Positions 8,023 to 17,783 of a stretch of DNA of 64,000 nucleotides are shown in pieces. Made by a program: the position numbers and the translations under genes. Under the pieces are notes generated by a model. That model did not search any database, had not been told where the DNA came from, and saw only the letters and a program-made list of their open reading frames with translations. Each line of letters starts with the position of its first letter. Position 1 is the stretch's first letter. This stretch comes from a virus, in IMG/VR virus record IMGVR_UViG_3300049171_000092, positions 21,279-85,278 of that record; one strand, written 5' to 3'.

Positions 8023-8857
8023 TAAGGGGGATCGAGAACAGCCAGGCCCGCAGCGCCGTCTGAATGCGGTTGTAGGTCGCGCCGCCCGCGCCGCGGCCGA
8101 CCGTCACATCGAGCGTGATCGTCAGCGAACCCCCGGCAGGGATCGTCGCGTTGTGCATGACGCTGTTCTGCGACTGCCACGACGTGATGTCGGAGCTACC
8201 GGTGTTCTTCATGTACGTGAGGTCGTCGCCGTTGATGCCCGCCGCCGCGGCACCGCCACCGGCCGGCAGGTCGAAACTGACGTCGGCCGCACGATGAATG
8301 ATCACGAACGCGGCGCGGCACGGATCCGGGTTCTGCATGGTGATGCTCGCCGTGCGGATGATCGTCTCCGTGGCCGGCACCGCCCGCGCCGTCACCGTGT
8401 CGTTCGCCGCCGCCTCGCGGAACCGGGCCCGGATCGGCGGGTCGGTCTTGAGCTGGCCCGTGGCCGGGTCGCAGTAGACGCCGCCGCCGTTCGCTCCGAT
8501 GGGGCAGGTGTACGGCCAGGCCGCCGTGTTCGCGCGTACCGGGCTCGCGCCCGAGCCGTCGCCGAGCAGACCACACCCCGCCGTCACCGTGGCCGCGCCA
8601 GTCGGCACGAACAGCCCGTTGGGCCGCATCACCGCGTTGTTGCCCGGGTCTTCGGACAGGTCGAGCGAGATCGCGCCCGTCGTCTGGTTGAAATTGATTC
8701 CGGCGCCGTTGGACAGGCAGCCGCGGACCTCCGCGCAGTTGGTGACCGCCGAGACGACGAACGGGTTCGGCGTGCTGCCCGCTCCGCTCACCTCGGCGTT
8801 CTCGCCGGCCACGATGACGCAGTTGCAGCCGGTCCCGCCGCATTGACACCTGGCCAA
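8015..8857 (-). CDS. fibre-like minor tail protein (280 aa), paralog of 21235..22092
   Basis: N-terminus MARCQCGGTGCNCVIVAG..GSTPNPFVVS and C-terminus ..GGATYNRIQTA.. align by eye with the 285-aa paralog. The G-x-G-S-x-x-NP-(Y/F)-V-(I/V)-S motif is common in actinophage tail fibres. TTG start. Confidence 0.65.
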   Translation of the reverse strand: MARCQCGGTGCNCVIVAGENAEVSGAGSTPNPFVVSAVTNCAEVRGCLSNGAGINFNQTTGAISLDLSEDPGNNAVMRPNGLFVPTGAATVTAGCGLLGDGSGASPVRANTAAWPYTCPIGANGGGVYCDPATGQLKTDPPIRARFREAAANDTVTARAVPATETIIRTASITMQNPDPCRAAFVIIHRAADVSFDLPAGGGAAAAGINGDDLTYMKNTGSSDITSWQSQNSVMHNATIPAGGSLTITLDVTVGRGAGGATYNRIQTALRAWLFSIPLSA

Positions 8858-8884
8858 GTCACACCGTCCCGAGGTGGATCCTTG

Positions 8885-8905
8885 GCCCGGCCCAGAACCA
8901 GCGGC
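8885..8905 (-). promoter_or_regulatory. late-gene box copy 1
   Basis: Coding strand GCCGCTGGTTCTGGGCCGGGC, ending 27 nt before the TTG at 8857. Confidence 0.6.
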
Positions 8906-8951
8906 TACCCGTCAGTCTAAGGCGCACAGGGGTACGCCACGTCGCCCCTGC

Positions 8952-9677
8952 TCAACCGTACAATTCGACGATTACTATGCCGTCCCCGCCTTCACCGCCG
9001 TCGACGTCGCCGCCGAAGGACAGGCCGCCGCCCGCGCCCGCGCCCCTGCCGCGCGGTCCGAGCCCGTTCCCCTCGGTGGTGCGGCCCAGTCCGCCCGTGC
9101 CCATGAACGAGTCGCCGCCGTGACCGGCCATGCCGTAATTGCCGTTGAGGCGGATCGCCGAGCCCGAAGCGCCGCCGCCCGCCCGGAAGTCGCCGCCCGT
9201 GCCCGCGTTGGGGCCGGCAATGCCCTGCGCCGTGCTCGGCGTGGCCCCGCTCGGCATGTTTGACGTGCCGCCCGCTCCGCCCGGCGCGAAGACGTGCCCG
9301 CCGAACTGGGACGAGCCGCCGTCGCCGCCGTCGGATCCGGCACCGCCGGCCGAGCCGCCTCGCCCGACGATGATCGTCTCGTTCGTGCCGAGCGCCGACA
9401 CCTGGATCAGGCCCTCGCCGTAGGCGCCGCCCGCTCCCCCAGGCCGCGCGATCGCCTCGTTCGTGTCGGCGTTCGCGCCCGCCGAACCGCCGCCCGCTCC
9501 CTGCACGCGGACCCTGACCCGCGCGAGCCACGGGTACGACGCCTTGCGGAACGTGAACGTGCCGGGGTCGGCGTACTCGAGGACCTGCCGCAGGCCCATC
9601 GTGCCCGGCTTCAGGCACAACTCCCCGTTGTCCGGGTCGACTACGAAAAAATCATCGCATACGCAAGCCCTTGCCAC
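8952..9677 (-). CDS. glycine-rich tail fibre-type protein (241 aa)
   Basis: Long GGxGG-type glycine-rich tracts; N-terminus MARACVCDD; GTG start. Confidence 0.6.
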   Translation of the reverse strand: MARACVCDDFFVVDPDNGELCLKPGTMGLRQVLEYADPGTFTFRKASYPWLARVRVRVQGAGGGSAGANADTNEAIARPGGAGGAYGEGLIQVSALGTNETIIVGRGGSAGGAGSDGGDGGSSQFGGHVFAPGGAGGTSNMPSGATPSTAQGIAGPNAGTGGDFRAGGGASGSAIRLNGNYGMAGHGGDSFMGTGGLGRTTEGNGLGPRGRGAGAGGGLSFGGDVDGGEGGDGIVIVELYG

Positions 9678-9703
9678 GGTTATCCCCAGATGTCCGAAAT
9701 GAC

Positions 9704-9724
9704 GCCCGGCCCAAAACCAGCGGC
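9704..9724 (-). promoter_or_regulatory. late-gene box copy 2
   Basis: GCCGCTGGTTTTGGGCCGGGC, ending 26 nt before the GTG at 9677. Confidence 0.6.
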
Positions 9725-9734
9725 TACGCAGAGG

Positions 9735-10259
9735 TTAGACCGCCGGGGCGCCGCTCGCCGTCATGTGCACCGGCACCCCGGCGCCGGACGGGACCAGCGG
9801 CAGCAGGCCCAGGCCGAGCAGCGCCTGAGTGCGCCACACCCGCACGACGGCCTGCGTCGTGGTGACCTGCTCCAGCGACACCGTCACCGTGCGGTCGTCG
9901 GCCGGCGTCGTGTCGACGGCGAGTGCTGTGATGACGGGCGGCGCGGTGAACGCCTTGGGGAACACCCACGTTGCGCGGCTGTCGGCGGCCGTAGTGACGA
10001 CCGCCGCGGCAGGCGGTGCGCCAGGCGGGCCGGGAGGGCCCGACTCGCCGGGCGCACCGGGCGCACCGGGCGCACCTGGCGATCCGGGCTCGCCGGGCGG
10101 CCCCGGGCGGCCGGGCTCGCCCTGCGGACCGCGCTCTCCTTGCTCGCCGCGCGGGCCGGGCCTGCGCGAGCCTGCACGCGCCGCCCGGCCGACCTCGCGC
10201 ATCACGCCACCCATCGGGTCACCCGGCAGCCGCCGGGCCGCTGATCCTCGTACCGCCAT
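9735..10259 (-). CDS. collagen-like repeat tail fibre protein (174 aa)
   Basis: About 16 uninterrupted G-X-Y triplets ([31 protein letters not shown]..) followed by a globular C-terminal domain. Confidence 0.75.
   Translation of the reverse strand: MAVRGSAARRLPGDPMGGVMREVGRAARAGSRRPGPRGEQGERGPQGEPGRPGPPGEPGSPGAPGAPGAPGESGPPGPPGAPPAAAVVTTAADSRATWVFPKAFTAPPVITALAVDTTPADDRTVTVSLEQVTTTQAVVRVWRTQALLGLGLLPLVPSGAGVPVHMTASGAPAV
10014..10160 (-). repeat. G-X-Y collagen triplet repeat region within the CDS
   Basis: Residues about 34-82 of the 174-aa protein. Confidence 0.75.
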
Positions 10260-10263
10260 GCCG

Positions 10264-11289
10264 TCAGTCCTCCACGTCGCTCGTGACCGGCGCCAGTTGT
10301 ACCTTCACGCTCTCGCCGTCGCCGTCTTCTTCCACCTTCAGTCCCGCGATCTTGAGCCGCTGTGTCAGCGGCCGGCACGTCACTTGCGTGGCCACGTCGA
10401 CGCACCAGCCCGGCACGAGCGTCGCCACGTCGACCGCGGCTTCGGGCGACAAGGTCACCTCGTCCGACGACAGGAACACCGGCACCGGGTAGTTCGCCGC
10501 CCGGCGCGAGCGGGCCGCCGCCAGCGCCGACGCGTCCGTCTTGACCGACGTCTGCTCGACGCTGACCTCGAGCAGCCCGTAATAGCCATCAGCGCCGCCC
10601 GAGACGCCCTTCACGCCGCTGGCCTGGTCGCCGTGCACGATGACCCGCGTCGCGAGCTGCGAACCGTCCTCCGCCACGATTAGACCCTCAGGAAGATCCG
10701 CGTCGGTCAGCGTGCCCACCGACGCCGACCAGTCCTCGGGCATGAGCACGATCGTGTTGCCGACGGCCGTGTAGTCCAGCCCGGTGTCCGCGAGGTCGCG
10801 CAAGTGGTCGCCGGTCTGCCCGTCATCGCGCGTATAGGCGCGTCCGCCCTCGACGCCGGTCGGGCCGAGGATCCGCACCTCGTGCCCGGGGTCGTCGGGG
10901 GCGAAGCCGTCCTCGATGAGCCATGCCCCGATGTCCGCGAGGTCGGCGCCGGCGAACGTGACCGACTCGTGCGGCACGCGCCGGTCGAGCCAGACGAGAA
11001 TGTCGCTCGCCCACAGCTCGACCTTCCCCAAGGACCACTCGGCCTGGATGATGGGCCCCTCCCACACCGTCACCCCGTCGCGGGCAATGACGAGCTTGTG
11101 CCGCCAGGTGCGCACCCGGCCGAGCTGGGCGCAGCAGTCCCCGTCGGGGTTGATGATGACGTGAGCCGTCGACACGTCATCGAGGACGCGGGACCACTCC
11201 ACGGAAACGAGGACGTCGGCGTGGGAGACGACCGCGCCGTCCCGGTCGACGATCAGGGCCGAGTGAACCCCGCAGCCGGCTGACGACAT
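10264..11289 (-). CDS. minor tail protein (341 aa)
   Basis: Position after the tape measure gene and first minor tail gene. The ATG at 11289 ([10 protein letters not shown]..) lies 23 nt after a late-gene box. The track start at 11325 would translate the box. Confidence 0.6.
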   Translation of the reverse strand: MSSAGCGVHSALIVDRDGAVVSHADVLVSVEWSRVLDDVSTAHVIINPDGDCCAQLGRVRTWRHKLVIARDGVTVWEGPIIQAEWSLGKVELWASDILVWLDRRVPHESVTFAGADLADIGAWLIEDGFAPDDPGHEVRILGPTGVEGGRAYTRDDGQTGDHLRDLADTGLDYTAVGNTIVLMPEDWSASVGTLTDADLPEGLIVAEDGSQLATRVIVHGDQASGVKGVSGGADGYYGLLEVSVEQTSVKTDASALAAARSRRAANYPVPVFLSSDEVTLSPEAAVDVATLVPGWCVDVATQVTCRPLTQRLKIAGLKVEEDGDGESVKVQLAPVTSDVED

Positions 11290-11312
11290 GGGCACCCCTG
11301 TGTGAGGAGGTA

Positions 11313-11333
11313 GCCCGGCCCACAACCAGCGGC
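11313..11333 (-). promoter_or_regulatory. late-gene box copy 3
   Basis: GCCGCTGGTTGTGGGCCGGGC, preceded by CCTAACC. Confidence 0.6.
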
Positions 11334-11369
11334 ACCATCAGGTTAGGCGGGATGGATCCCCTGGGGTGG

Positions 11370-12713
11370 TCAGTAGCCGCGCCCGGACACGGCGACCGTC
11401 ACCGTGGCGTCCTCCGCAGGCGGCACCATCTCATCCGTCTCCAGGCACACGACGAGCGTGCCGCACTCGATCTCCGGCCAGGACGGTGGCGCCCCGTCGC
11501 GGCCCCACACATTCGTCGCCGTCTCGCAGGTGCCGCCGCACTCCACGGTCGCGCGCCCGATCTGCCCGTCGAGCGTCAGCGTGCCACTCGCGGGCACGAA
11601 CCCCACCTCGTACACGGCGAGCGGGTCGCAGCGTTTCTTGTCGGCCACCTGCGCCGCGGTCAGGCCCGCGTCGGCATCGCCCCGCTCGTAGAAGCTGATC
11701 GTGAGTCGGCGCAGGTCCTCGCTGCCCGCGTACACGGTGATGACCGGCACGTCCGACGACCAGGCGGGCCGCCCCGTCAGGTCGAGGTCGTAGCACTCCC
11801 GGTTGGTGGCGAGCGCTTGGCAGAAGCAGGAGGCGGGCGATGTCGGCTGCGGCGGCGACGGCGGAGCGCACGACGGGTCGGCGCACGCGGCGCCCGCGTC
11901 GGGGCAGCCGCGCAGCCGGCACCCGCCGGGCAGGCACTGCGGGAACCAGATCGGCCGGTCGTTGCGGTGCACACACCACTGGATGCAGTCGGTGTCGTCG
12001 TCGGTGGGGACGTTCACGCTCAGCACGGGCGTCTCGTCGGTCCATCCCCACGGCGTGGCGGCGATCAGCACGAACTCGACCGTGAGGATGTCCGCGCCGC
12101 GGCTGCACTGCCCTGCCGTACAGTTTCCGTCGCCGTTCCGCGCGGTCACGGTGGGCCCCTGCACGAGCGCCACACGCCGGTAGGTGCGCCGGTAGCGGGC
12201 GAGGAACTCGGCGGGCGTCTGCTCGTCGCCGGGGCAGCACTTGAGCATCTGCACGCAGTCACCGCCGCACGCGCTGCCCGTGCAGCCCTGCAACGCCTCG
12301 CCGAGCCAGTGAAGCCCGTACTCGACGGCGCAGCACGTCGCGCCGAGGAGAATGCCCGTCACGGTGATCGTGCGGGGCTGCACCCGAGCCGGGCCGAGCG
12401 CGCCGCCCCCGGCGACGGAGTTCGTCACCGTGCGGCGTACCGGGTAGTCGTCGATGCCGTCGAAGTCCAGCGGCAGGAACCCGACGAAGTCGGCGCTCTC
12501 GGGCACGTCGGGGTCGTACCAGGGCGCTGGGCTGTCGGGGTCGTCCGGGGTGGTGTAGGGGGCGTGGTCGAGCGTCTCGGCTGTGAGTGTCTCGCAGCCG
12601 CAGATGTCGTCGGCTCCCGACGTCAGCGGTGATCCGACCGTCGCCAGGTAGGCGCGCAGACGGGCCGTGTTGACCACTTCTATGCCGCCCACGGAAAGGA
12701 AGTCGGAGAGCAC
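11370..12713 (-). CDS. minor tail protein (about 447 aa, Cys-rich)
   Basis: First minus-strand gene after the tape measure gene. I preferred the GTG at 12713 (..LSDFLSVGGIEVVNTARLRAYL) with a GGGGG SD. The track start at 12776 would translate the box. Confidence 0.6.
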   Translation of the reverse strand: MLSDFLSVGGIEVVNTARLRAYLATVGSPLTSGADDICGCETLTAETLDHAPYTTPDDPDSPAPWYDPDVPESADFVGFLPLDFDGIDDYPVRRTVTNSVAGGGALGPARVQPRTITVTGILLGATCCAVEYGLHWLGEALQGCTGSACGGDCVQMLKCCPGDEQTPAEFLARYRRTYRRVALVQGPTVTARNGDGNCTAGQCSRGADILTVEFVLIAATPWGWTDETPVLSVNVPTDDDTDCIQWCVHRNDRPIWFPQCLPGGCRLRGCPDAGAACADPSCAPPSPPQPTSPASCFCQALATNRECYDLDLTGRPAWSSDVPVITVYAGSEDLRRLTISFYERGDADAGLTAAQVADKKRCDPLAVYEVGFVPASGTLTLDGQIGRATVECGGTCETATNVWGRDGAPPSWPEIECGTLVVCLETDEMVPPAEDATVTVAVSGRGY

Positions 12714-12737
12714 GAGCGAACCCCCAGAACGCAGAAC

Positions 12738-12758
12738 GCCCGGCCCACAACCAGCAGC
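12738..12758 (-). promoter_or_regulatory. late-gene box copy 4 (variant)
   Basis: GCTGCTGGTTGTGGGCCGGGC, ending 24 nt before the GTG at 12713. Confidence 0.5.
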
Positions 12759-12939
12759 GTGTGAAAAGTCTGTCACACCTCACGGAGCATGCTCTGAACT
12801 GGCACTTTGCCGGTAAGTACTGCAACTTTCAGGGTCGTTGGAACGTCGTTATACGTGAGCGGGCCGCCCCGGTGTTGCGACCACCGGAACGGCCCTGACC
12901 GACACCCCTTGTGGCTCTTGGACCTGAAGGAGTACGGCT

Positions 12940-14046
12940 GTGCCCGAAGATACGGCACCACGCGCGGGTAGACCCCGCTCGAAGCGTTCCATCCGCGCCG
13001 AGGCAGCGTTCCACGCCCGCCTCGACGATCTAGGCGCGACGCTCCTGGAACCCGTTTGGTTGGGGGCCCTCAAGCCGCACCGCGTGTTGTGTGCCGAGGG
13101 ACACGAGTGCGCCCCCTGGCCCTCTTCCGTCGTCCGTGGTCAAGGGATCTGCCCAACCTGCGCCCACACGAAGCGGAACGCGGACCGATCCCGCCGTGTT
13201 GAGGCCGCGTTCCGTGCTCGCCTTGAAGAGCTCGGCGCCACCCTGCTTGAGCCCTCTTGGCTCGGTACGGAGACGCCGCACCGCGTCCTGTGCGCCGCGG
13301 GCCATAAGTGTGCGCCCTGGCCACAGAGCGTGCTGAGAGGGCAGGGCATCTGCTTGACGTGCGTCGGCCACGACCCGAAGGCTGCCGAGGCCAAGTTTCG
13401 CGCCCGTCTCGCCGAGGTCGGCGCCGAACTGCTCGAAGTGGCGTGGCTCGGGGTCAACACGCCCCACCGCATCCGGTGCAACAGCGGACACGAGACGTCC
13501 CCGCGACCGGGTCACGTGGCGAAAGGGCGCGCGATCTGTTGGACGTGTTCCGGCCGGAATCCGGAAGTACCCGAGACAGCGTTCCGCGCTCGTCTCGCCG
13601 AAGTCGGCGCAGCTCTGCTAGAGGAGCGCTGGTTGGGCTCACTGAAACCGCATCGCATCCGATGCGTGGAAGGCCACGATGTCACGACGAGGCCCTCCCA
13701 CGTTCTCCAGGGACGCGGCGTGTGCCGCGTCTGCGCGGGCAAGACGTGGGATGCCCTGTACGTCGTCCATGACGCCCTCAACGGGATCGTGAAGCCGGGC
13801 ATTACGTCTGGCGACCCCCGCCCGCGTCTTGCCGACCACGAGCGCGACGGGTTCGACGAGGTGATTCGTGTTCACGCCAATCTGCCCGATGGCGTCGCGC
13901 TGGAGCTTGAGAGCACGGTCCTTGCCGCCCTTGAAGACGCAAAGATTCCGCCCATACGCGGGCGCGAGTACTTCCCAGAAGGAGCGCTTCCCGTGATCCT
14001 CGACCTCGTCGACAACCACCCGGCCATACGAGCCGCTGCCGACTGA
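12940..14046 (+). CDS. four zinc-ribbon-like repeats plus a C-terminal GIY-YIG-like (T5orf172-type) domain; candidate homing endonuclease or moron
   Basis: The only plus-strand gene inside the late operon, preceded by low-GC DNA. It has four 56-aa repeats with C-x2-GH..C-x2-C. The C-terminus reads ALYVVHDALNGIVKPGITSGDPRPRLADHE... Confidence 0.6.
   Translation: MPEDTAPRAGRPRSKRSIRAEAAFHARLDDLGATLLEPVWLGALKPHRVLCAEGHECAPWPSSVVRGQGICPTCAHTKRNADRSRRVEAAFRARLEELGATLLEPSWLGTETPHRVLCAAGHKCAPWPQSVLRGQGICLTCVGHDPKAAEAKFRARLAEVGAELLEVAWLGVNTPHRIRCNSGHETSPRPGHVAKGRAICWTCSGRNPEVPETAFRARLAEVGAALLEERWLGSLKPHRIRCVEGHDVTTRPSHVLQGRGVCRVCAGKTWDALYVVHDALNGIVKPGITSGDPRPRLADHERDGFDEVIRVHANLPDGVALELESTVLAALEDAKIPPIRGREYFPEGALPVILDLVDNHPAIRAAAD
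12997..13737 (+). repeat. four tandem intragenic repeats of about 56 aa (period 62-67 aa)
   Basis: AEAAFHARLDDLGATLLEPVWLGALKPHRVLCAEGHECAPWPSSVVRGQGICPTCA and three close variants. Confidence 0.8.
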
Positions 14047-14091
14047 CACGATGCGCAGGCCCTCGCTCCCCAGTGACAGGGGCCCGCGCGG

Positions 14092-17000
14092 TCACATGGT
14101 GTACGTCAACGCCATGCGGTGCATGACGCGCGCCGCGGTCGCCTCCCCGTCGCCCACCTCGGAGATGTTGAAGACGGGGGCGATGGTGACCGCGGAGTCG
14201 CTGCTGGAGGCGGCGCCGTCACCACCGAGCATCTCCGTCAGCCCGGACTGCGCGGCGAGCTGCTTCGCCCGCTTCGGCTTCGTCAGCGGGATGATGACCT
14301 CAGGACCAGCCTCGCCCACCAGGGCGTGCGTCGGCCCGAGGACTATGCCGCCTTCCGCAAAGGGCAAGTATTTCCGGACAGCACTAGGCAAACCGGATTT
14401 TATGGATGCCATTATTCGGCTTCCGATATTGCCGAGCGCGCCGACGATCCTGCCCGGCAGACCGGTGAACAGGGACACGATGCCGGAGATCAGCGACGAC
14501 ACCGCCGACCGGGCGCGGCCGGCGGCGCTGGAGAACACGCCCGCGATCCGGCCTCCCAGCCCGGACAGCGCGGAGGCGATCCGACCGGGCAGCGCCGAGA
14601 AGAACGACGCGACCGACGACCCGAACGACCGTGCCTGCGCCAGCGCGCTGGTGCCGGCCGACCGGAACATCGCCGACAGCCGGCCCGGCAGGGAGGCGAC
14701 CGCGGACGCCACCCGGCCGGGCAGCTGGGAGAAAAACGTTGCCGCAGACGACAGGAACGACGAGATCGCCGCGCGCGCCGAGTTGAACGCCGACGTGAAC
14801 ACCGCCAGCAGCCGTGACCCGAGCGAGGACAGGGCCGCGACGATCCGGCCGGGCAGTTCGGTGAAGACGAACACGATGCCGGCGATCGCCGTCAGGATGG
14901 CGATCGCGACACCCGAGACGGCCATGACGAACAAGTTGACGAGCAGGCCGGGCAGCGCGGCGAGCGCCGACATGATCATCCCTGGCAGGGAGACGAAGAA
15001 GTTCACGACGGCCTGGAAGCCCGTGGTGATCCAGATGACGAGGTTCGCTGCCAGAGTGGTGAAGAACCCGCCGATCGCCGAGCCGAGCGCGGACAACCCG
15101 GCAGTGATCATCGACGGCAGGTTCGTGATGAACGTGACGACCGACGTGATTCCCGTGATCAGGCCGGTCAGCGCGCCGACGACGCTCTGAATGATCGGGA
15201 CGACGAGGTTGATCGCCGCCCACGACGCGAACGCCGCGGCGACCTGGAGGACGGGCGCGAGCAGCTGGATCATCTGAACGACGAGCGGCGCGAGCGCGGC
15301 GACCAGACCGGCGATCGACGGCAGAAGCGGGATGAGCGCCTGCAAGATCGCGTTGATCGCCTGGACGACCGGCGGCAGCACTGGCAGGAGCGCGCTCGCG
15401 AAGGCCGTGTAGACGGGAACGAGCGCGGTCGCGACCTGGAGCAGGGCGCCCGCCAGGGTCGACAGGATCGGGGCGAGGCCGGCGAGGAGCTGCGCGACCG
15501 CCTGTCCGACGCCGGCTGCGAGCGGGGCCATCGCCCCGGCGAGTTGTGCGAACGCTTGCGCGATGGGCGGGAGGATCGGCAGCAGCGCCGCCGACAAGGC
15601 GGAGATGATCGGCGTGAACAGCGTTGCGAGGTTCTGCAGGACCGGCGCGAGCATCGTCGCCAAGGTCGCGACGAGTTGACCGGCGAGCGGCAGCAGTGGG
15701 GCCAGGGCGGAAACGATCTGCCCGACTGCGGCACCGACGGGGCCGAGACTGGGGCCGATGATCGCGAGCCCCTCGGCGAGGGCCGAGCCGATGGTCGCCA
15801 GGCTCGGGGCGATTGCGGCGAGCGCAGGCCCGAGCGAGCTGATCAGAGAGACGATCGCCGGGCCGAGTGCGGTGAACAGCGGCGCGAGGGCGGGGGCGAT
15901 CGCGCCGACCTGCTGCACCAGCGCGGCGAAGATCGGCCCCAACTGGGCGGCGATCGTGCCCAGGGTCGAGAAGATGTTCCCGAGCGCCTCCTGGCCGGCG
16001 ACGCTGTTGGCGAAGTCGGCGAGCGACTGGGTGATCCGCTGGATGTTCGCCAGGAATCCGGCCCCGGAGGCGTCGGCGGCGGCGAAAACGCCCGAAACGA
16101 TTTCGCCGAGGTTGCCGAGGATGTCTCCGAGTTGGGCGAAGACGTTCAGCGCGTTGTCGACCCAGGCGACGGCCTGTCCGCTGCTCGCCGCGCGCTGGAG
16201 GAACTCGCCGAGCCGCTGCCCCGCGTTCGATATGCCGCCGGCCAGCTCGGCGCCGAACGCGTCACTGATGGACGCCGCGAGCTGGAGGACGCCCGCGGTG
16301 AGCTTGTTCGTCGTCTGCGACAGGCCCTCGACCCCAAGGCCGGTCGCGTCAAGGATCGAGCGGACGTTCGCGACGCCCTCAGCGCCCTTGATGTACCCGA
16401 GCGCGCTGTTCAGGGCGTTACCCCACGCCGTGGAGATCCGGGTCAGCCCGGACATGAGGGGGCCGTCGAGCGCGTTCGCGACGGCGGTGATCTGCCCCTC
16501 GAATTGCGCGAAGAAGGCGTCCTGCACCGCTGTGCGCAGCTCGTCGAAAGCGGGCTTAAGGGCGCGAACTTCCTGAGCGGCGGCACGCGCGGCCGGCGAG
16601 AGGTTCTCGAGGCTCTCGGTAAACTCCTCCGAGGTGCCCGTCAGCGCGGCCGAGAAGGCGTCGCTGACGCCCATGAGGGCGAGCTTCAGTGTGCCGATCG
16701 CCGTCTGTACGCCGATCAGTAGCGCCGGATAGGCAGCCAGGATGCCGGCCGCTGGCGCGAGCGCTGCGACAAGCAGCCCGACCCCTTGCGCGGCGCCGGC
16801 CGCGGCGATTCCGATCGCGCCGAAGCGCAGCAGCGAGCCGAGCATGGAGCCGACGCGGCCCGCGATGCCGCCGAGACCAGCGAGTGCCTGCGACAGCCGA
16901 CCTGTGTCGGCGTCGGCGTTGACCGTGACGTCCGGCGGCGAATGGCCGCGGACCCGCGCGTCGAAGTCGTCGAAGTCCGGGACGACGCGGATGCTGACCT

Positions 17001-17334
17001 CTTCGCCGGCGAGCGCGGCGCGCAGCCGCGTCATGAACTCGTCGAGATCCGGCGCGACGGGGATGTTCAGCGAGCCGATCCCGCTCAGCCCGTCGAGGAG
17101 CTGCGCGTCGAAACGCGAAAGGTCCGGGTCGACACGAATACTCACCGACGCCGCAGTGAGTCCTCGCTGGATGTTGCGGCGGATCTGATTGCCGACGTCA
17201 CGGGTCGCGCGGACAAGCGCCCGCTGGATCCGAAGACCGAGATCGCGTGACTCCTGAACGACCCCGCTGTCATCGAGCGTGATCGTGATGCGGGCGGATC
17301 CGTAGTCCTCGCTGTCGCCGGCCGGAGTGGTCAC
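14092..17334 (-). CDS. tape measure protein (1080 aa)
   Basis: Size and position after the chaperones; long Ala/Leu-rich helical repeats. About five LPGRI(V/A)xAL repeats near the C-terminus, and the ..FAEGGIVLGPTHALVGEAGPEVIIPL.. motif common in actinophage tape measure proteins. Confidence 0.9.
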   Translation of the reverse strand: MTTPAGDSEDYGSARITITLDDSGVVQESRDLGLRIQRALVRATRDVGNQIRRNIQRGLTAASVSIRVDPDLSRFDAQLLDGLSGIGSLNIPVAPDLDEFMTRLRAALAGEEVSIRVVPDFDDFDARVRGHSPPDVTVNADADTGRLSQALAGLGGIAGRVGSMLGSLLRFGAIGIAAAGAAQGVGLLVAALAPAAGILAAYPALLIGVQTAIGTLKLALMGVSDAFSAALTGTSEEFTESLENLSPAARAAAQEVRALKPAFDELRTAVQDAFFAQFEGQITAVANALDGPLMSGLTRISTAWGNALNSALGYIKGAEGVANVRSILDATGLGVEGLSQTTNKLTAGVLQLAASISDAFGAELAGGISNAGQRLGEFLQRAASSGQAVAWVDNALNVFAQLGDILGNLGEIVSGVFAAADASGAGFLANIQRITQSLADFANSVAGQEALGNIFSTLGTIAAQLGPIFAALVQQVGAIAPALAPLFTALGPAIVSLISSLGPALAAIAPSLATIGSALAEGLAIIGPSLGPVGAAVGQIVSALAPLLPLAGQLVATLATMLAPVLQNLATLFTPIISALSAALLPILPPIAQAFAQLAGAMAPLAAGVGQAVAQLLAGLAPILSTLAGALLQVATALVPVYTAFASALLPVLPPVVQAINAILQALIPLLPSIAGLVAALAPLVVQMIQLLAPVLQVAAAFASWAAINLVVPIIQSVVGALTGLITGITSVVTFITNLPSMITAGLSALGSAIGGFFTTLAANLVIWITTGFQAVVNFFVSLPGMIMSALAALPGLLVNLFVMAVSGVAIAILTAIAGIVFVFTELPGRIVAALSSLGSRLLAVFTSAFNSARAAISSFLSSAATFFSQLPGRVASAVASLPGRLSAMFRSAGTSALAQARSFGSSVASFFSALPGRIASALSGLGGRIAGVFSSAAGRARSAVSSLISGIVSLFTGLPGRIVGALGNIGSRIMASIKSGLPSAVRKYLPFAEGGIVLGPTHALVGEAGPEVIIPLTKPKRAKQLAAQSGLTEMLGGDGAASSSDSAVTIAPVFNISEVGDGEATAARVMHRMALTYTM

Positions 17335-17362
17335 CGGGCACCCTCACGTGATCGTGAATGGT

Positions 17363-17384
17363 GCCCGGCCCAGAACCAGACGGC
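17363..17384 (-). promoter_or_regulatory. late-gene box copy 5 (1-nt insertion)
   Basis: GCCGTCTGGTTCTGGGCCGGGC, ending 28 nt before the GTG at 17334. Confidence 0.5.
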
Positions 17385-17420
17385 GTCGGCAGCACGCGCG
17401 GCGCTGCCTCGAATCTCAGG

Positions 17421-17783
17421 TTAGCCGCTGCGACGGCTTGCGAGCTGTGCGTCTTCCGCCGCGACCTGCGCCATCAGTGCCCGTGCCTGGCCCGCGTCGA
17501 CGCGTGCTGCGGCCGGCCGGCCGCGAGCTCCTCGAGCTCGTTCACCGCGAGGCGGCGCGTACAGCTTCGCCCGGATGCGCTGCCGCTCGGCGTCGTCTTC
17601 CGCCGCCATGTCCATCGCGGCCTCGGCAGCGGCGAGCATCGTTTTCAGCGGCCACGCGTGCGGGTCGGTCCCATTGAGGGCGAGTTGCCCGAGCCACGAG
17701 TCCCAGCTGGCTTCGATGCTTTCGCAGATCCGGAAGACGACATAGTAGGGCGCGAGCCGCCTCCGAAGAGCTCGACGACCCAC
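17421..17783 (-). CDS. tail assembly chaperone -1 frame extension (T part of the G-T fusion)
   Basis: The ORF is open in the -1 frame relative to the upstream chaperone, overlaps it by at least 139 nt, and has no SD of its own. The fusion product would span 17421..18184. Confidence 0.55.
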   Translation of the reverse strand: MGRRALRRRLAPYYVVFRICESIEASWDSWLGQLALNGTDPHAWPLKTMLAAAEAAMDMAAEDDAERQRIRAKLYAPPRGERARGARGRPAAARVDAGQARALMAQVAAEDAQLASRRSG

